From Octopus bimaculoides (Eukaryota), in the NCBI RefSeq assembly GCF_001194135.2, contig NC_068986.1:4843441-4885135 (forward strand): a stretch of 41,695 bases of DNA, given 5' to 3'. The first letter of the stretch is position 1, and the number at the start of each line of letters is the position of its first letter. Position numbers and translations under genes: made by a program. Positions 11,610 through 24,009 of this stretch are shown here, in pieces. The notes under the pieces were generated by a model that saw only the letters and a list, made by a program, of their open reading frames with translations, was not told where the DNA came from and did no database searches.

Positions 11610-12530
11610 TAGGGAGAATNNNNNNNNNNGTGTAGACAACAAACAGATGCATTAGTTTAACGGTCGGGAAGTGAACAAGTCTTTAACGTTTCGAGCCTAC
11701 GCTCTTCCACAGAAAGGAACACAGAAAGAAACAAAGAGAGAAAATAAAGTATGTGTAGTGGCTAGCGATCTATCATGGCGAATGCCGGACAGCAGGGTCA
11801 CACAGAGGAGCTAGGAAGAAGGGGAGATAATAAAGTGGTGGTGATTCTAAAATGAAGGTGCGCGTGCGTGTGTATAAGAGAATATGTACGTGCATGTGGA
11901 AGAGGGCTGGTGACATTGACGTGTGTGTGTGTGTATGTGCCGGTGTGAAGATGTGGGACTGGGAAGTGGTCAGTGCTAGTGTGTGCGTGGTGGTGTGATA
12001 TGATGGTGTTGGAAGGTGGGGAGGTTAGAGTGGGGAAAGCAAGAGTGAGGTGGGGGAAGCTGGGGGTAAGGGTAGAGGTGGGGTATGTGGGAGTGGATAT
12101 AAGGGATGGGGTGGGGTGGAATGGGAAGGATAGAGAAGGTGGGGTTGGAATGTGTAGGGGTGGGGTTACGAGGGAGGGATGACGAAGAAGGGGGAGAAGA
12201 AGGTGGGTAGGAGTGAAGAGAGAAAGAGAGTAGGAGTTAAGAGAAATAGGAGCCGGAGCAAGAGAGGAGAAGTGGGTGGGAGGAAGTAGGAGTGAGGGGG
12301 AGGAGAGTTGAGCCCATATGGTGCAAAGGAGCGAAGGGAGAAGGTTAATCCCTGTTCACGGCACAAACGGGAGTCTGGACGGTCCCTGTGCAAGGACAAT
12401 CTGAACACGGACAGGTGTTGACCGGTAGAGCGGAAATGGCACGAGACCGGGGTGTCGTTGCCGAGCCGGATGTCTCGGAGGTGTTCCGCAAACCGGTCAG
12501 CCAAGCGGCGTCCCGTTTGCCCGATAAATC
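11610..12530 (-). mobile_element. Penelope-like element (Neptune-like GIY-YIG C-terminal half) with long pyrimidine-rich 3' region and HHR-like motif
   Basis: Minus strand gives FIGQTGRRLADRFAEHLRDIRLGNDTPVSCHFRSTG...EQGLTFSLRSFAPYGLN (ORF 12166-12504 extended upstream). Confidence 0.85.
11681..11716 (-). ncRNA. Minimal hammerhead-like motif with non-canonical core CTGTGGA
   Basis: Minus strand CTTT-CTGTGGA-A-GAGC-GTAG-GCTC-GAAAC-GT-T-AAAG: stems I and II pair, stem III is the palindrome ACGT, and A6 is replaced by U. Confidence 0.55.
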
Positions 12531-13559
12531 AAATGCATTGAACATAAAATCGTGTTTTACAATTATTATTTTAATAATTCGGGTACCTATCACTATTGCA
12601 AATATTGCCTATTATATGTTTCTTTCACGTTGATTCAGTAGAGTTCAGTTTCGGTTGTCTGCCATCTTATATAAACAAATTTCAAAAGATCTCTAATTTT
12701 CGATAAAAAGCAAAAAAGGTAAAAATGACATCAGCTAAGATCGAACCTTTATACATATGTACCGAAACTAGACATTTGACTAGAAAGAGCTGTGCATAAT
12801 TGAGCGATTAAAGTGTAGTGAGATCCTGGCTGAGGCTTGAACCATAGCTTTCAGATCTTCTACGTCTGAAAGCATGAGCTGATATATCTCCATAACATAT
12901 GCGTCACCATAAAAGGTATTAACGCCAGCATGAATATGACTCAACCAATCAGCACTGGCTGAGACGGCAAAACGTCAAAGGAAGTAAGCGAGTTTTCCCA
13001 CTAGTTTGACTGAAGATTCTAGAAGGATGGTTAACAGTTATAAAAAGACTGGGAAATTCATCCTAATCAGAGAGCCTCTAAACTATCTAGAGAAATCTAC
13101 GTCACTTATCTCAATAAGTTCTGTCCTCCTTTTTCACCTTTAAGTAACATGCTTACATCGTAGTCGCCTAAACGCATCCACTATACATTTAGTGGACAGT
13201 AACACATTAATTATATGAAGTTATTAATTTCCTTGCACTACCTTCATTACATTATCCAACGAGTTATATACAGAAGATTATTGACCATTATAGTCTCTGA
13301 ACATTGATCCATTAATCTATTGAACACACATTTGTAAATATAACGTTGCAGATTATTAAAATATTTGAAACCTCAAATGTTAATGTAGTTATTGTCTACA
13401 TACGCAGCCTTCCTAAACTATGAACAACCTTAAAAGCGTATATGATTTACCACTGTACTAAAAGAAAATTGAGCAAACCACTGAAAAAGCTTATGTCCAT
13501 GGTTGATTCCATTTATCTGTTAATAAAAGCCATAAGATGGCCTAGTCCATTATTGAAAG

Positions 13560-13860
13560 CAGTAACAACACTGAATATCTAATTGATAATGATCTCGTTG
13601 GTTGGTAGTACTGAATTTGTTTCATTCTATGGGAAGGATTACCTCTCCATGGTTTGTCTTGATTCAGCGAGGACCATTTATTAACTAGAGCCTCTATGCG
13701 TGGTTGTCCAACCTGCTAGAAATAGCAGTAAAAAAATTTCCCTCAGATCACACCTTATATAAAGATGGTAGCACATCCGACCATGTAGCTTTCCATATGT
13801 TTCAAATGACAGGATGGTTATGGCTGAAATGCCTTTGAAACAAGTGGGTTTTTTTCTTTT
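13560..13860. repeat. Unclassified interspersed repeat, family C (second copy inverted at about 21760-21885)
   Basis: caacctgctagaaatagcagt at about 13710-13730 is the reverse complement of actgctatttctaccagg at about 21845-21865. Confidence 0.55.
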
Positions 13861-14029
13861 CAATTAGGGCTAAACAACAACAGCAACTGAAAACTAACGG
13901 ACTGGAATTTTTTGCTTCTGGTTAACCTGTGTATGTGTGTGCGTGTGCGTGCGTGTGCGCGCGCGCGTGTGTACACAATAACGTTTCTATTCAATGTGAA
14001 CATCTGATCGCTATCGCTTTCCGTCATCG

Positions 14030-14270
14030 GAGAGCATCTCCTCCCTTTAGACTATGTGTGTTCATAACACGCAATTCTCTTGGTACGACGAAATAACAGA
14101 AAATAAGGCGAAGGAAGAAGCATAGCGTGGTTCTTCGTTGTCCTGTGCGTTCACCGGATTAGCCAGCTTGTGCCTTCCACTCAGCTTACGCTACGCCACT
14201 TGGCGAAAAGGTAATTACAAGAATAGTTGGCGAGAGAGGGATCAAATCTGAGATATATACTTTCGATAAA
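14030..14270 (-). mobile_element. Probable tRNA-headed SINE-like element
   Basis: CpG-rich block whose right end reads agatttgatcccc on the minus strand, resembling a decayed B-box (GGTTCGATCCC). Confidence 0.35.
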
Positions 14271-14744
14271 TGGGTTGTAATTAAAAAGGTAAAATTTATT
14301 TAAAATTTAAAATCAGCGAGTTTGATCTGTTACGATTAAGCTATTTGTTTTTGTTTGGGCTTTTTTTTTTCTCTATAATTTTATAAATCAGAAATATAGC
14401 GTTAGAAATTCTTGACGGTATAATTAACATGTACAATTCATAATATTTGTTCTATTTAAAAGATCTATAATAGGTTCATATCCTAGCTAGGGTAAATTTA
14501 TGTCTTAGCTCAGCAACGTGTTTATGCATTTAGCATGCCTTAAATTCCACTGTGTAACAACATTTTATTTTATTTATTTATTGTCTTTGGTCAGTAAGTA
14601 TTATTTCCTATTTGCTTCTATCTAGAAATCAAAGGAAAAGGCAACTACTCCCTTCAAACTTTACTGTCGTAAGTTGGATGTCAATGTTTTGAAACTGACT
14701 TATTTTCCATCACATTTCAGACAGATTCAACACTGAGTCGCTGA

Positions 14745-14930
14745 AGCAGAAATATTGTTATAAAAAATATTCTGCTCAGTGCCACAGATTTGCTTGTCAG
14801 TTGCTTGACTTTAACCACCTGAGCATGTCCTTTAGTGACTGACAATATATGCCTCTCTGATGACGCGCAGGAGTAGTGAGGTAGCATCATAGCTATGTGT
14901 TGAGAGGAATTCTTTGGGGTTTGAATAAAT
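14745..14930. repeat. Unclassified interspersed repeat (gtgccacagatttgcttgtcag...gaggaattctttgggg)
   Basis: Recalled as a common octopus repeat; no second copy in this window. Confidence 0.4.
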
Positions 14931-16269
14931 GTAAAAATAGCAAAATTTGAAGGAAATATTAGCCATTTTTCATACTTTCTGCGGGTAAGAAAAAGGAAAC
15001 AACCGTTGCTACCCAAGGATAAAAGTCGTGTTACACTGTCATGAGAAGTGAAAGATTACTATAGATTTAAGTGCGTATTATCTTATAAATCACTCAATAA
15101 CAATTTACCTCAAGAAAAATACAAGTTTGTGTTAGCTATGAAAAAAAAAAAAGCAGGGTGACTACATATCTGGTAAATAAATATTATGAAATTCCCTAGT
15201 GATGGGAAAATGCACATATCTACAAAAATAAAAAAAATCTATTAGAGTTAAATGATCAATATGCTAAGTACAATAAATATTCTCACAGATCAAACAGAAG
15301 ACAATAGAAAAAGTAGAAAAAGATCATAATTAATGTATTTATGAAAAGGAGCAAAAGAATACATCTTTAAGATAAAGGTTGTAGGCTATGTGGATTTTTC
15401 TGATACTTTCTAAAAACCCGGCAACGTTGCTAGTATCTATATAACAAGGAAGTGCACATGTCAGAAAGTGTCGAAATTGTTATGCTATTCAGTTAACAGC
15501 GGACGAAGGGAATGGGCTTGTATCCGTTTCGTTTCCTTAGTTTCTTCTTTTTTTTTTCTTTTTTCGTTTTCCTGCCACATTTTTGTTTCGTTTCCTTTTG
15601 CAAACCTTTTTNNNNNNNNNNNNNNNNNNNNNNNNNNNNNNNNNNNNNNNNNNNNNNNNNNNNNNNNNNNNNNNNNNNNNNNNNNNNNNNNNNNNNNNNN
15701 NNNNNNNNNNNNNNNNNNNNNNNNNNNNNNNNNNNNNNNNNNNNNNNNNNNNNNNNNNNNNNNNNNNNNNNNNNNNNNNNNNNNNNNNNNNNNNNNNNNN
15801 NNNNNNNNNNNNNNNNNNNNNNNNNNNNNNNNNNNNNNNNNNNNNNNNNNNNNNNNNNNNNNNNNNNNNNNNNNNNNNNNNNNNNNNNNNNNNNNNNNNN
15901 NNNNNNNNNNNNNNNNNNNNNNNNNNNNNNNNNNNNNNNNNNNNNNNNNNNNNNNNNNNNNNNNNNNNNNNNNNNNNNNNNNNNNNNNNNNNNNNNNNNN
16001 NNNNNNNNGTTGCAAATATACTAACGTTCTACGAAGAAGAAAAAAGTGAAAGGAAAGAGAATAAAAAAAAACATGTTCGATGAATTTCTTCCAGACTGTA
16101 ATTATTTTCCATTTATAAGAAATATATCACTTCATAGAATATTTCTTTAATGAATCTCAGGTTATATCATACTGACAGTTTTTGAAAAGAATGAAATAGC
16201 GCTAGGCATGCGTACATACATTCATACATACTTGCATAAATACACATACACACACAGGCACATATATAT

Positions 16270-16300
<31 letters not shown>

Positions 16301-16607
16301 CGTACATATATATATATATATACGTACATATTCATATATTTATATTAAACATACATACATTCATAAAACATACATACATAATGGAATTTCTCATCAATTT
16401 CGACGTATGAGATATCAACAGTTTTTTTTTCTTTTGTTAGACTACCTACACAGATGATTTGTTTTCAGTGGTGGAGGCTTATGAACAACATATCTCAAGC
16501 TTTTCTATTGAAGTTCTCCATTTCCTGAGTTAATTAACTTCGTCCTGGTAGGTTAAATGCACAGCCAGAAATTCGCACGTTTTCACGCATACATACATAC
16601 ATACATA

Positions 16608-18045
16608 CATGTGGATGACTTGAAACTTTATGCAAAGAATGTGCACGAGATGAAAAAGAGCCTTGACCAAGTTACAACATTCTCAAAGTATGTAGGGTTG
16701 AAGTTTGGTCAGGATAAATATTGTTATATGGTTGTGAAAAGGGGGAAACCTGTAAACCAGACTAGCAATATCTCCATCAATGACTTGACTGTTTCCTCCA
16801 TATCTGATGAAGAATGTTACAGGTATCTAAGGGTGGATAAAAGCATATCTCAAAATGGCACCTGTAACAAAACAGGTGTCACTAAAGAATATTATAGCCG
16901 AATAAAGAAATTTTGAACCTCAGAACTCTCTGCATTCAATAAAGCAGTGGCCCACAATGTGTTTGCAGTGCCAGTACTCATACCAATATTTGAGCTGTTT
17001 GATTGGACGCTTGGTGAGATCCGAGCAATTGATGTGAAAATCCAGAAAATTCTAACAAGCACACATTATTTCCACATAAACAGTGACGTAGACCGCCTCT
17101 AACTAAAACGAAACCAAGACGGCAGAGGTTTAATATCGAACTAAAATGCCTTTGAATGTCGTGTCATATTCCTCCAGCAACATCTATCAACCACCAAGTG
17201 TTGAAGTATATCCCTTGGCTAAGTTTGCATACATGAGGCTCATAACATCCTTAAGCAGCATCCCTTGTCTGATAACCTTAAATACATGCCCAAATAAGTC
17301 GCAGAACTCTACTGCAACATATCATCAGATGAAAGGACGAGCATATATGAGCAGAAGATCATGCATGGATATGTTATTAGAAAGATCCGAGATAATGGTA
17401 ACATTGGTCATCAAAGCAGTCTATCATGGACCAATAACCGAATTACTCTCGCTTTGAAATCCAGGAAAAGGAAATATCAACCAAATATTTGATTACAAAA
17501 GGGATAGAGATGTAGGACAAGCAGTAAAATGTGACAACTGATGCAGACTTTGTGGAGTTAACACCGAAGATATCACTCACATCATAAGCAGTTGTCCGAA
17601 AATGTCATCATGGTATTGGTTGGTTGGCACTCCGTCGGTTACGACGTCGAGGGTTCCAGTTGATCCAATCAACGGAACAGCCTGCTCGTGAAATTAACGT
17701 GCAAGTGGCTGAGCACTCCACAGACACGTGTACCCTTAACGTAGTTCTCGGGGATATTCAGCGTGACACAGTGTGACAAGGCTGGCCCTTTGAATTACAA
17801 GCACAACAGAAACAAGAAGTAAGAGTGAGAGAAAGTTGTGGTGGAAGAGTACAGCAGGGTTCACCACTATCCCCTGCCGGAGCCTCGTGGAGCTTTAGGT
17901 GTTTTCGCTCAATAAACACTTACAACGCCCGGTCTGGGAATCGAAACCGCGATCCTATGACCGCGAGTCCGCTGCCCTAACCACTGGGCCATTGCGCCTC
18001 CCATTATGGTATTATGCCTGTAGCAATTACGAGTGACCGAATATA
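16608..18045 (+). mobile_element. R4/Dong-like non-LTR retrotransposon fragment (RT C-terminus to CCHC knuckle), interrupted by a SINE
   Basis: VDDLKLYAKN (RT catalytic motif), LKFGQDK, YRYL, TKEYYSRIKK, SELSAFNKAVAHNVFAVPVL, NSDVDRL..KRNQDGRGL, CRLCGVNTEDITHIISSC; many stops and frameshifts. Confidence 0.85.
17618..18001 (-). mobile_element. Full-length tRNA-derived SINE (third family; tRNA-Arg-like head as in octopus OR SINEs) with 12-bp TSD
   Basis: Minus strand begins ggaggcgcaatggcccagtggttagggcagcggactcgcggtcataggatcgcggtttcgattccc; flanks are catcatggtatt (17606-17617) and cattatggtatt (18002-18013). Confidence 0.9.
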
Positions 18046-18109
18046 TGCTTTAACACACTCTCACACATACATGGTGATAGATAGATAGATAACTCACGTA
18101 ATTTTCATT

Positions 18110-19050
18110 TCTTTTCGGGTTTAACTCATTAGAAATAAAGAATGGAGCCAGACTATGCTTTGAAGAAAGGAATTTTTTTTATGAAGTGCTACTGGAAATT
18201 TGAAAAAACATTTTTCGAATTAGAAATATGTTTGAAGTGGATGGAGCCGTTTGAAATGTCGACAAGAAACCTTCCGCAAGACTACGCACGTCGATGTGCT
18301 CCACAAAGCAAGAAAGGGTGTCAGAAATGTATTGCCAGAGTTCAAGAAAATCTGTGTGACAAACGAGTCGTGAGAAAGGAATTTCATAATCTAGCGTCCA
18401 TCATATTTTGCAGCGCTGCCATTGCAAGAGCTACATTCTAAAAATCGTTCATAGTCTCCATGAAAATGATCAAGACCGAAGAGTGAAATTGTATAAGTGG
18501 TACTTGGGAAGATGTGTAGAAATTGTACACTTTCGAACAAAGATTATTTAGAGGGATGACGCTACATTTAGATTAAATGGCTCAATTAGCCGCTACCATT
18601 GGTCCTGAAAACACGAATATGACGGAGGAACATCACATAAATCTACCAGAAGGTACAGCATGATGCGGTTTATCATCAAAAGGATTAATTGAACTTTTCT
18701 TTTTTGATAGTACAGTGACTGGTCCCATTTACTTGGACTCGTGCCAAGAATTCAAGAGGACTTTGAAAATATGGATCTTTATTTCCAGCAAGATGGAGCA
18801 CTCTCACACTACCATTGAAAAATGAAGGGTCTACATTGATGAAATTTTGTCAGATAGGTGTATTAGCCGAAGAAGTTCAGGAGAATGCCTTCCGCATTTA
18901 CCTAACCTCACACCACTAGACTTCTTTTGTGCGGATGCTTGAAAGATAAACATTACAGTACAAAACTGGTAACAGTCTACTAATTGAGGCAACCCTTTAA
19001 CAAGAACGCGCAGGAATACCGAACGAAATGTTTCCAATGCAATTTCATTA
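18110..19050 (+). mobile_element. Decayed IS630-Tc1-mariner transposase (DUF4817-like N-terminus and DDE domain)
   Basis: [62 protein letters not shown] across frames. Confidence 0.8.
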
Positions 19051-19394
19051 CTTCACGTGACCAACGCACACAGACTCACACACAAACTATCCTCCCTTAA
19101 CACCGTCGATAGGTTCTTGACAAATGCGACTAAATTAAAGGACGTAAAGCGAAACCAATATTAGAACAAAGCTTACACTCCTACAGTACATTCCCACTGT
19201 TTATTTCTAATGTATTTTATTCCTAGTCACAAACCCACCAACAAACTCTAATCCAAAAGCCTGAGGCATAGTTTTCTTCGAGTTTGTGGCAAACACTTGC
19301 ACCAACTTTCTGCTATCAGCATTCCCCAAAAGTTTAGCCTCAAAATACTTCCTAATATTAAAGCTTCAAAACACTTTCTAATATTAAGCGTTGA

Positions 19395-19620
19395 AGAAAG
19401 GCAGTGAAGCTGGCAGAATCTTTGGCACACCGGGCAAAATGCTTCGCGGCATTTCGTCCGTGTTTATGTGCTGAATTCAAGTTCCGTTGAGGTTGACTTT
19501 GTCTTTCATTCTTTTGGAGTCGCTAAAGTAACTACTAGTCGAGTATTGGGGTGTATGTAATCGACTTACCCAACCACCAAAATTATTGGCCTTGTGCCAA
19601 AATTTGAAACCAATATTAAA
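19395..19620 (+). mobile_element. SINE-like family B
   Basis: aaggcagtgaagctggcagaatc...ctgaattcaagttccgttgaggttgactttg...ccttgtgccaaaatttgaaacc; related copies at 4615, 34590, 34825, 40425 and 40625. Confidence 0.8.
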
Positions 19621-19634
19621 AAAGTTGAAGAAAA

Positions 19635-20050
19635 ATATCAGCGGTTGTGTGGTAAGAAGTTTGCTTCCTAACCACATCGTTCCGGGTTCAGTCCCACAGC
19701 GTGGCACCTTGGGCAAGTGCCTTCTTCTATAGCCCCAGGCCGACCAAAGCCTTGTGAGTGGATTTGGTAGACGGAAACTGAAAGAAGCTCATCGTGTATA
19801 TATATATGTGTATATATATTTATGTGTGCGTATCTTCGTGTCTGTGTTTGTTTCCCCCAACACACACACACACCATCGCTTGACAACCGATGTTGGTGTA
19901 TTTACGTCACCGAAACTAAGCGGTTCGGCAAAAGAGCCCGACAGATTAAGTACTAGGCTTGCAAAAAATAAGTCCTGGGTTTGATTTCTTCGGCTAAAGG
20001 CGGTGCTCCAGCATGGCCGCAGTCAAATGACTGAAACGTGTAAAAGAGTA
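19635..20050 (+). mobile_element. SINE family A, near full length
   Basis: gttgtgtggtaagaagtttgcttcc...gggttcagtcccac...ccagcatggccgcagtcaaatgactgaaac...aaaagag. Confidence 0.9.
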
Positions 20051-21144
20051 ATATAAATTATTCACTAAAAGAACAAGTCCAAGATTTGTTGTCAAGCATT
20101 ATTCCTTTGCCTCTCTCTTCGTATAACTCCTTGTAGCCGTTGTATCCACTTATAAATTGTTTGCTTTTGAACTTATCTCTCTATGAGGATTTTTTTTTCA
20201 GGGAAAATGGTCATAACTTTAACTAAAACTGGAAAACCTCAAACAAATCATAAGTTGTTAAAATTCATAATGTTTTTTTTTGTTTTTGTTTTTTTCGTTT
20301 GCATCTTCACTTTTATCATCTTCAGCACATTGCTATTCTCTCCCCATGATGTCCTCATTAGATATTTCCTTACCGTGATATTTTAGTAACTCCACTATTT
20401 TCACTATTTTATATTTTAAATACTGTCATACCGTAAAAAGAGTTACATCTCCATGAAGTAGACAGTAGACTTTCAAAAGTTGTATCTGAGACGACGTTTG
20501 CTAAATATTTTTTTTTTTAAATTGAATTACTAGTAACATTACCCATCATAATTTATTTATTTCTTCATACTTTACTGAATTGAAAATGCAACATCTTACC
20601 AAAAAAAAAAAAAAATTGGGAAAATAAAAGCAAATAAAAATTCACTTTGACAGGCGTATATTTTGTAAATTTTTATGTTGGTGTTATATTATTTCACATC
20701 TACATTGTGACGAAACGCTAAATGAAGGTTGTAGTGTGCGCGCGCGTGTGTGCGTGTGAGTGCGCACACGCGTGAATGTGTGTGTCTGTGTGCACGTGCG
20801 TGTGTGTACACAAATGTTGATTGCGTCGAGCAAATGAGAAATAAGTGTTCAATACATGTTATAGAGTATATGTTTTATTAAAACTAAATAATATATGTCG
20901 TGATTCAAGTTTCATGCCACAACGATCTTAAGACGAGAGTTCACGCCTGAAGATTACAGTGGCGGAAAACTCGAGTTGCGAGATAAATATTTAGTTTCAC
21001 TGATATGTACATACATGCACAAATAAACTGCATGCATGCATGTATCTCTCAGTCTATATATATATATATATATANNNNNNNNNNTGCATGTATCTCTCAG
21101 TCTATATATATATATATATATACATGTGTATGTATATATGTATG

Positions 21145-21219
<75 letters not shown>

Positions 21220-22657
21220 ATAAGAAATATATAGAGAAATATATAGAAATAAGAGCTAAAAAAACATACAGTTATGTGCTTTGACTACAGCATTAAAGCA
21301 TTTTAGGTCTTATTTCTAGCAATGTGTGTGTGTGTGCGTGTGAATTAATGGACCTTCGGTAATTTCGGTTATGAATATTCAGTTGCTCAATTAACAGCTT
21401 TGCTGTTTATATATATATGTATAATATAAATTGGACATGGGCGATCGTTGTATTCTTTCTTGTCTTGGGATTCACAGCCAAATGGCTGGGTGGATTCGTG
21501 TGAAAAATAGCACACACGTGGAGACGAGTGCATAGATTGGAATGCGGTTTGTATTTTTTTCCCTAGCCCCATACTGATAAAATCGATTAAAACTCTTTCT
21601 AATGGAATTCCCCTGTTTCTTCCGTCATTAAAACAACTAGTTGCTCATACAGCCGGCATATACTATTTCGCTAGCAACAAGGGGAGTACAGGATGACAGT
21701 CAACCAAAACTTTTGCAATGCTGTCTCACTTCTTTCACCTCTTTGTGGGGTTAATAATCTTAATCTTTAGTTAGTTTCTCATTCAAACTACAAAATAGGC
21801 AGAATTGTCGGATTAAGACAGTAGAGTGTTTTGAGGGAGATTTGACTGCTATTTCTACCAGGTCTAGCTACCATGTAGAGGTCTGGACTTAATTTTCATT
21901 CACATATTTGCATTTCAAAAATTTAACATAATTTTTTCCATAAATCAACTATCGTAAACACATACACACGCGCAAGCACGCACGCAAACACACACACACG
22001 TCCATTTCATATATCTTCTTTCAATTTCTGCTATCTCCAAATAAAATTTTTGCGGATACAACTGCTTACAAAAATAGGAATTAATGTATAATTTCTCCCT
22101 ATGTTCATAATTAAATCAATGTTTTAATGATTAGGCAGAGGTCCATTATAATAGCTCTCAGAAACAGACTACGTACAAATTCGTTCTTCGAAACTCCTGA
22201 AGTTGTTTTCTGACAAGGGAGGGGGAGGGGTCAGGAAATTTTCATACAGCTGGAGGCTCCAATCGAAACAGGGGACCCGAAATGATAAGGTTGAGAAATG
22301 CTGTTATAGATTATGCCTAACCGAAATTGATCACAGCCACATCATTCAAACAGACCGGGTGAAACCGGGCTTAGCTGCTAGTAGACACACACACATATAT
22401 GTATATATATTATTTTGTTTAAAAGAGTTCCAACACTGTCTGTTTTTTATGTTTTATTTATATTCCTGCAGAACCAATGTGGGGTATAGAATATGGAATA
22501 TACAATATATAATATAATATACAATATATAATATAAAATAAAATAAAAATGGATGGCACCATGAAAGAAAGTATTGAATGTAGATGAAATATTGAGTGTT
22601 CAATATAAAGGATCAAATATATAAATATATAAATATAAATATAAATATGAATATATA

Positions 22658-22700
22658 AAGGCGACTCGAGTTTCAGGGCTATTTCCCTTCGTCATGGCCG
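22658..22700 (-). ncRNA. Minimal hammerhead motif (PLE 3' end remnant)
   Basis: Minus strand GGC-C(A)TGACGA-AGGG-AAATAG-CCCT-GAAAC-TCGA-GTC-GCC: perfect stem II, palindromic stem III ACTCGAGT, GTC triplet, and a 1-nt lesion in the core. Confidence 0.7.
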
Positions 22701-22717
22701 GTATGACAGACTTTAGC

Positions 22718-22749
<32 letters not shown>

Positions 22750-22790
22750 CTGATAGTGACTGTAGTCGTCCGAAAACACCGTTCGAGAAT

Positions 22791-22843
22791 TCCTTATAGT
22801 GATAATCAGTTTCGATAATCTCCGTTTTCTCATCAGTAAGAAC
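22791..22843 (-). ncRNA. Hammerhead motif (PLE 3' end remnant)
   Basis: Minus strand TTCTTA-CTGATGA-GAAAAC-GGA-GATTATC-GAAAC-TGAT-T-ATCA-CTA-TAAGGA. Confidence 0.6.
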
Positions 22844-22959
22844 TAGTTCGACTTCGGCAGATTCCGGACTTAATTCTCTATCAGAATATGTTTTCATCAT
22901 AGAAATCTATGGGTGATTTTGCGAATCGCTAATGTGCATACAGAGAATTAATGTTCCAC

Positions 22960-23226
22960 CGAAAAGGAGAACTATAATTGTCACTAAGTGTGACTAAAGT
23001 GTTAGAAACACCCACATTGCTAGAAATGGTTACCTAGGATTTCATGACCATAAAGCGCTTAGCCGCCGGCCATTAGGGTCTGACGAGACGTATGTAAAGC
23101 GAAAAGCTTTATGGACTCAAATGGACTGGGTAACCCTATAAACTGGCTATAACTATCTTTATCTAAATACTCTACTGTTCTATAACTTAGAGTGTCCTTC
23201 TCTCTCGGATTTATGATTTACTGATG
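22960..23226 (+). mobile_element. PLE 3' end related to 7190-7420, with decayed HHR (about 23066-23150)
   Basis: Shares ccac.ttgctaga, ccataaagc, ttatggac, gggtaa.cc.ataaac and tactg.tctataacttagag with the 7.2-7.4 kb segment; has a CTGACGA core and ends at (TA)n. Confidence 0.7.
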
Positions 23227-23239
23227 ATATATATATATA

Positions 23240-23279
<40 letters not shown>

Positions 23280-23280
<1 letters not shown>

Positions 23281-23960
23281 CAGACATCAACCTCATTGTT
23301 GATGACACCCAGAATCAGCACGGTTGCTGGGAACTTAGTATGCATGACTGTTGGAAGCATTTGTTGATCCTTCAGTTTACCTTTTGGTAGCAATTTCAGT
23401 TTTTCTCACAAAGCATTCCAACCTCTTGTGTGTAGCGAGCATTCCAACCAAAGTGTGTAGCGAGCACTTTGTACGGATCGAACGATTCTCTCTTGTCACA
23501 TCGACATAAACTGGTCCCTCCGCGTAGCATGCAGCTTGTCTTCATGCATAACTCTTCTAATGGTGCATTCTGAAACTTTGAGGTCCTTTGCAATGACTCT
23601 GATTGATTTTTCTGGGTTTTTTAAAATCGATTATTTCCTCCACATTTTGTATAAAGTTGCATGTTCTGATGGTATTATGACTCTGTGCATACGTTTTTGC
23701 ATTTAGCTGCTGATGTCGGATCCCAATCAGCCGCTTCATGCTCCTTTCGAACCATGGCAACGAAGGATCAGGCAACTTTCAGGAAGCGAGTTATCTCTAT
23801 ATCACTATGTTATGCTTTTAAGGCAATGATTACAGCATGCCTCCCCATATGCTGAGTCTGACATTATTTATCTGAAAAGTAAGGTAAAAAAAAAAGAACT
23901 TAAGTTAGAAGAAAGTTATAACTCTTGCAAGAGGTGTCCTAAAAAAACTGACACACCCTG
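23280..23960 (-). mobile_element. 5' part of a maT/DD37D-like Tc1/mariner element
   Basis: Terminus TA-CAGGGTGTGTCAG at 23962-23948; minus strand HAVIIALKA..IEITRFLKVA.SFV..VRKE, TIRT..FIQNVEEII, PTVMHTKFPATVLILGV. The catalytic triad is absent, so the family call rests on the N-terminal region. Confidence 0.75.
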
Positions 23961-24009
23961 TATGTGCGTGTGTGTGTTTGTGAGTGTGTGTGTACAAATT
24001 CTTGGAATA

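Noticed and set aside
13005-13110. CTGAAGA..TCTAGA...TCTAGA-GAAAT-CTAC-GTC as a long-stem HHR
   Set aside because: No convincing stem I, and GAAAC is altered.
14030-14217. CpG-rich block ending in AAAG|GTAATT, resembling a + strand first exon
   Set aside because: Its right end looks like a decayed tRNA B-box on the minus strand, so a SINE explains the CpG content more simply. Not fully excluded.
21030-21120. Direct duplication tgcatgtatctctcagtcta(ta)n around 10 Ns
   Set aside because: This is the typical pattern of an unmerged contig overlap, an assembly artefact.
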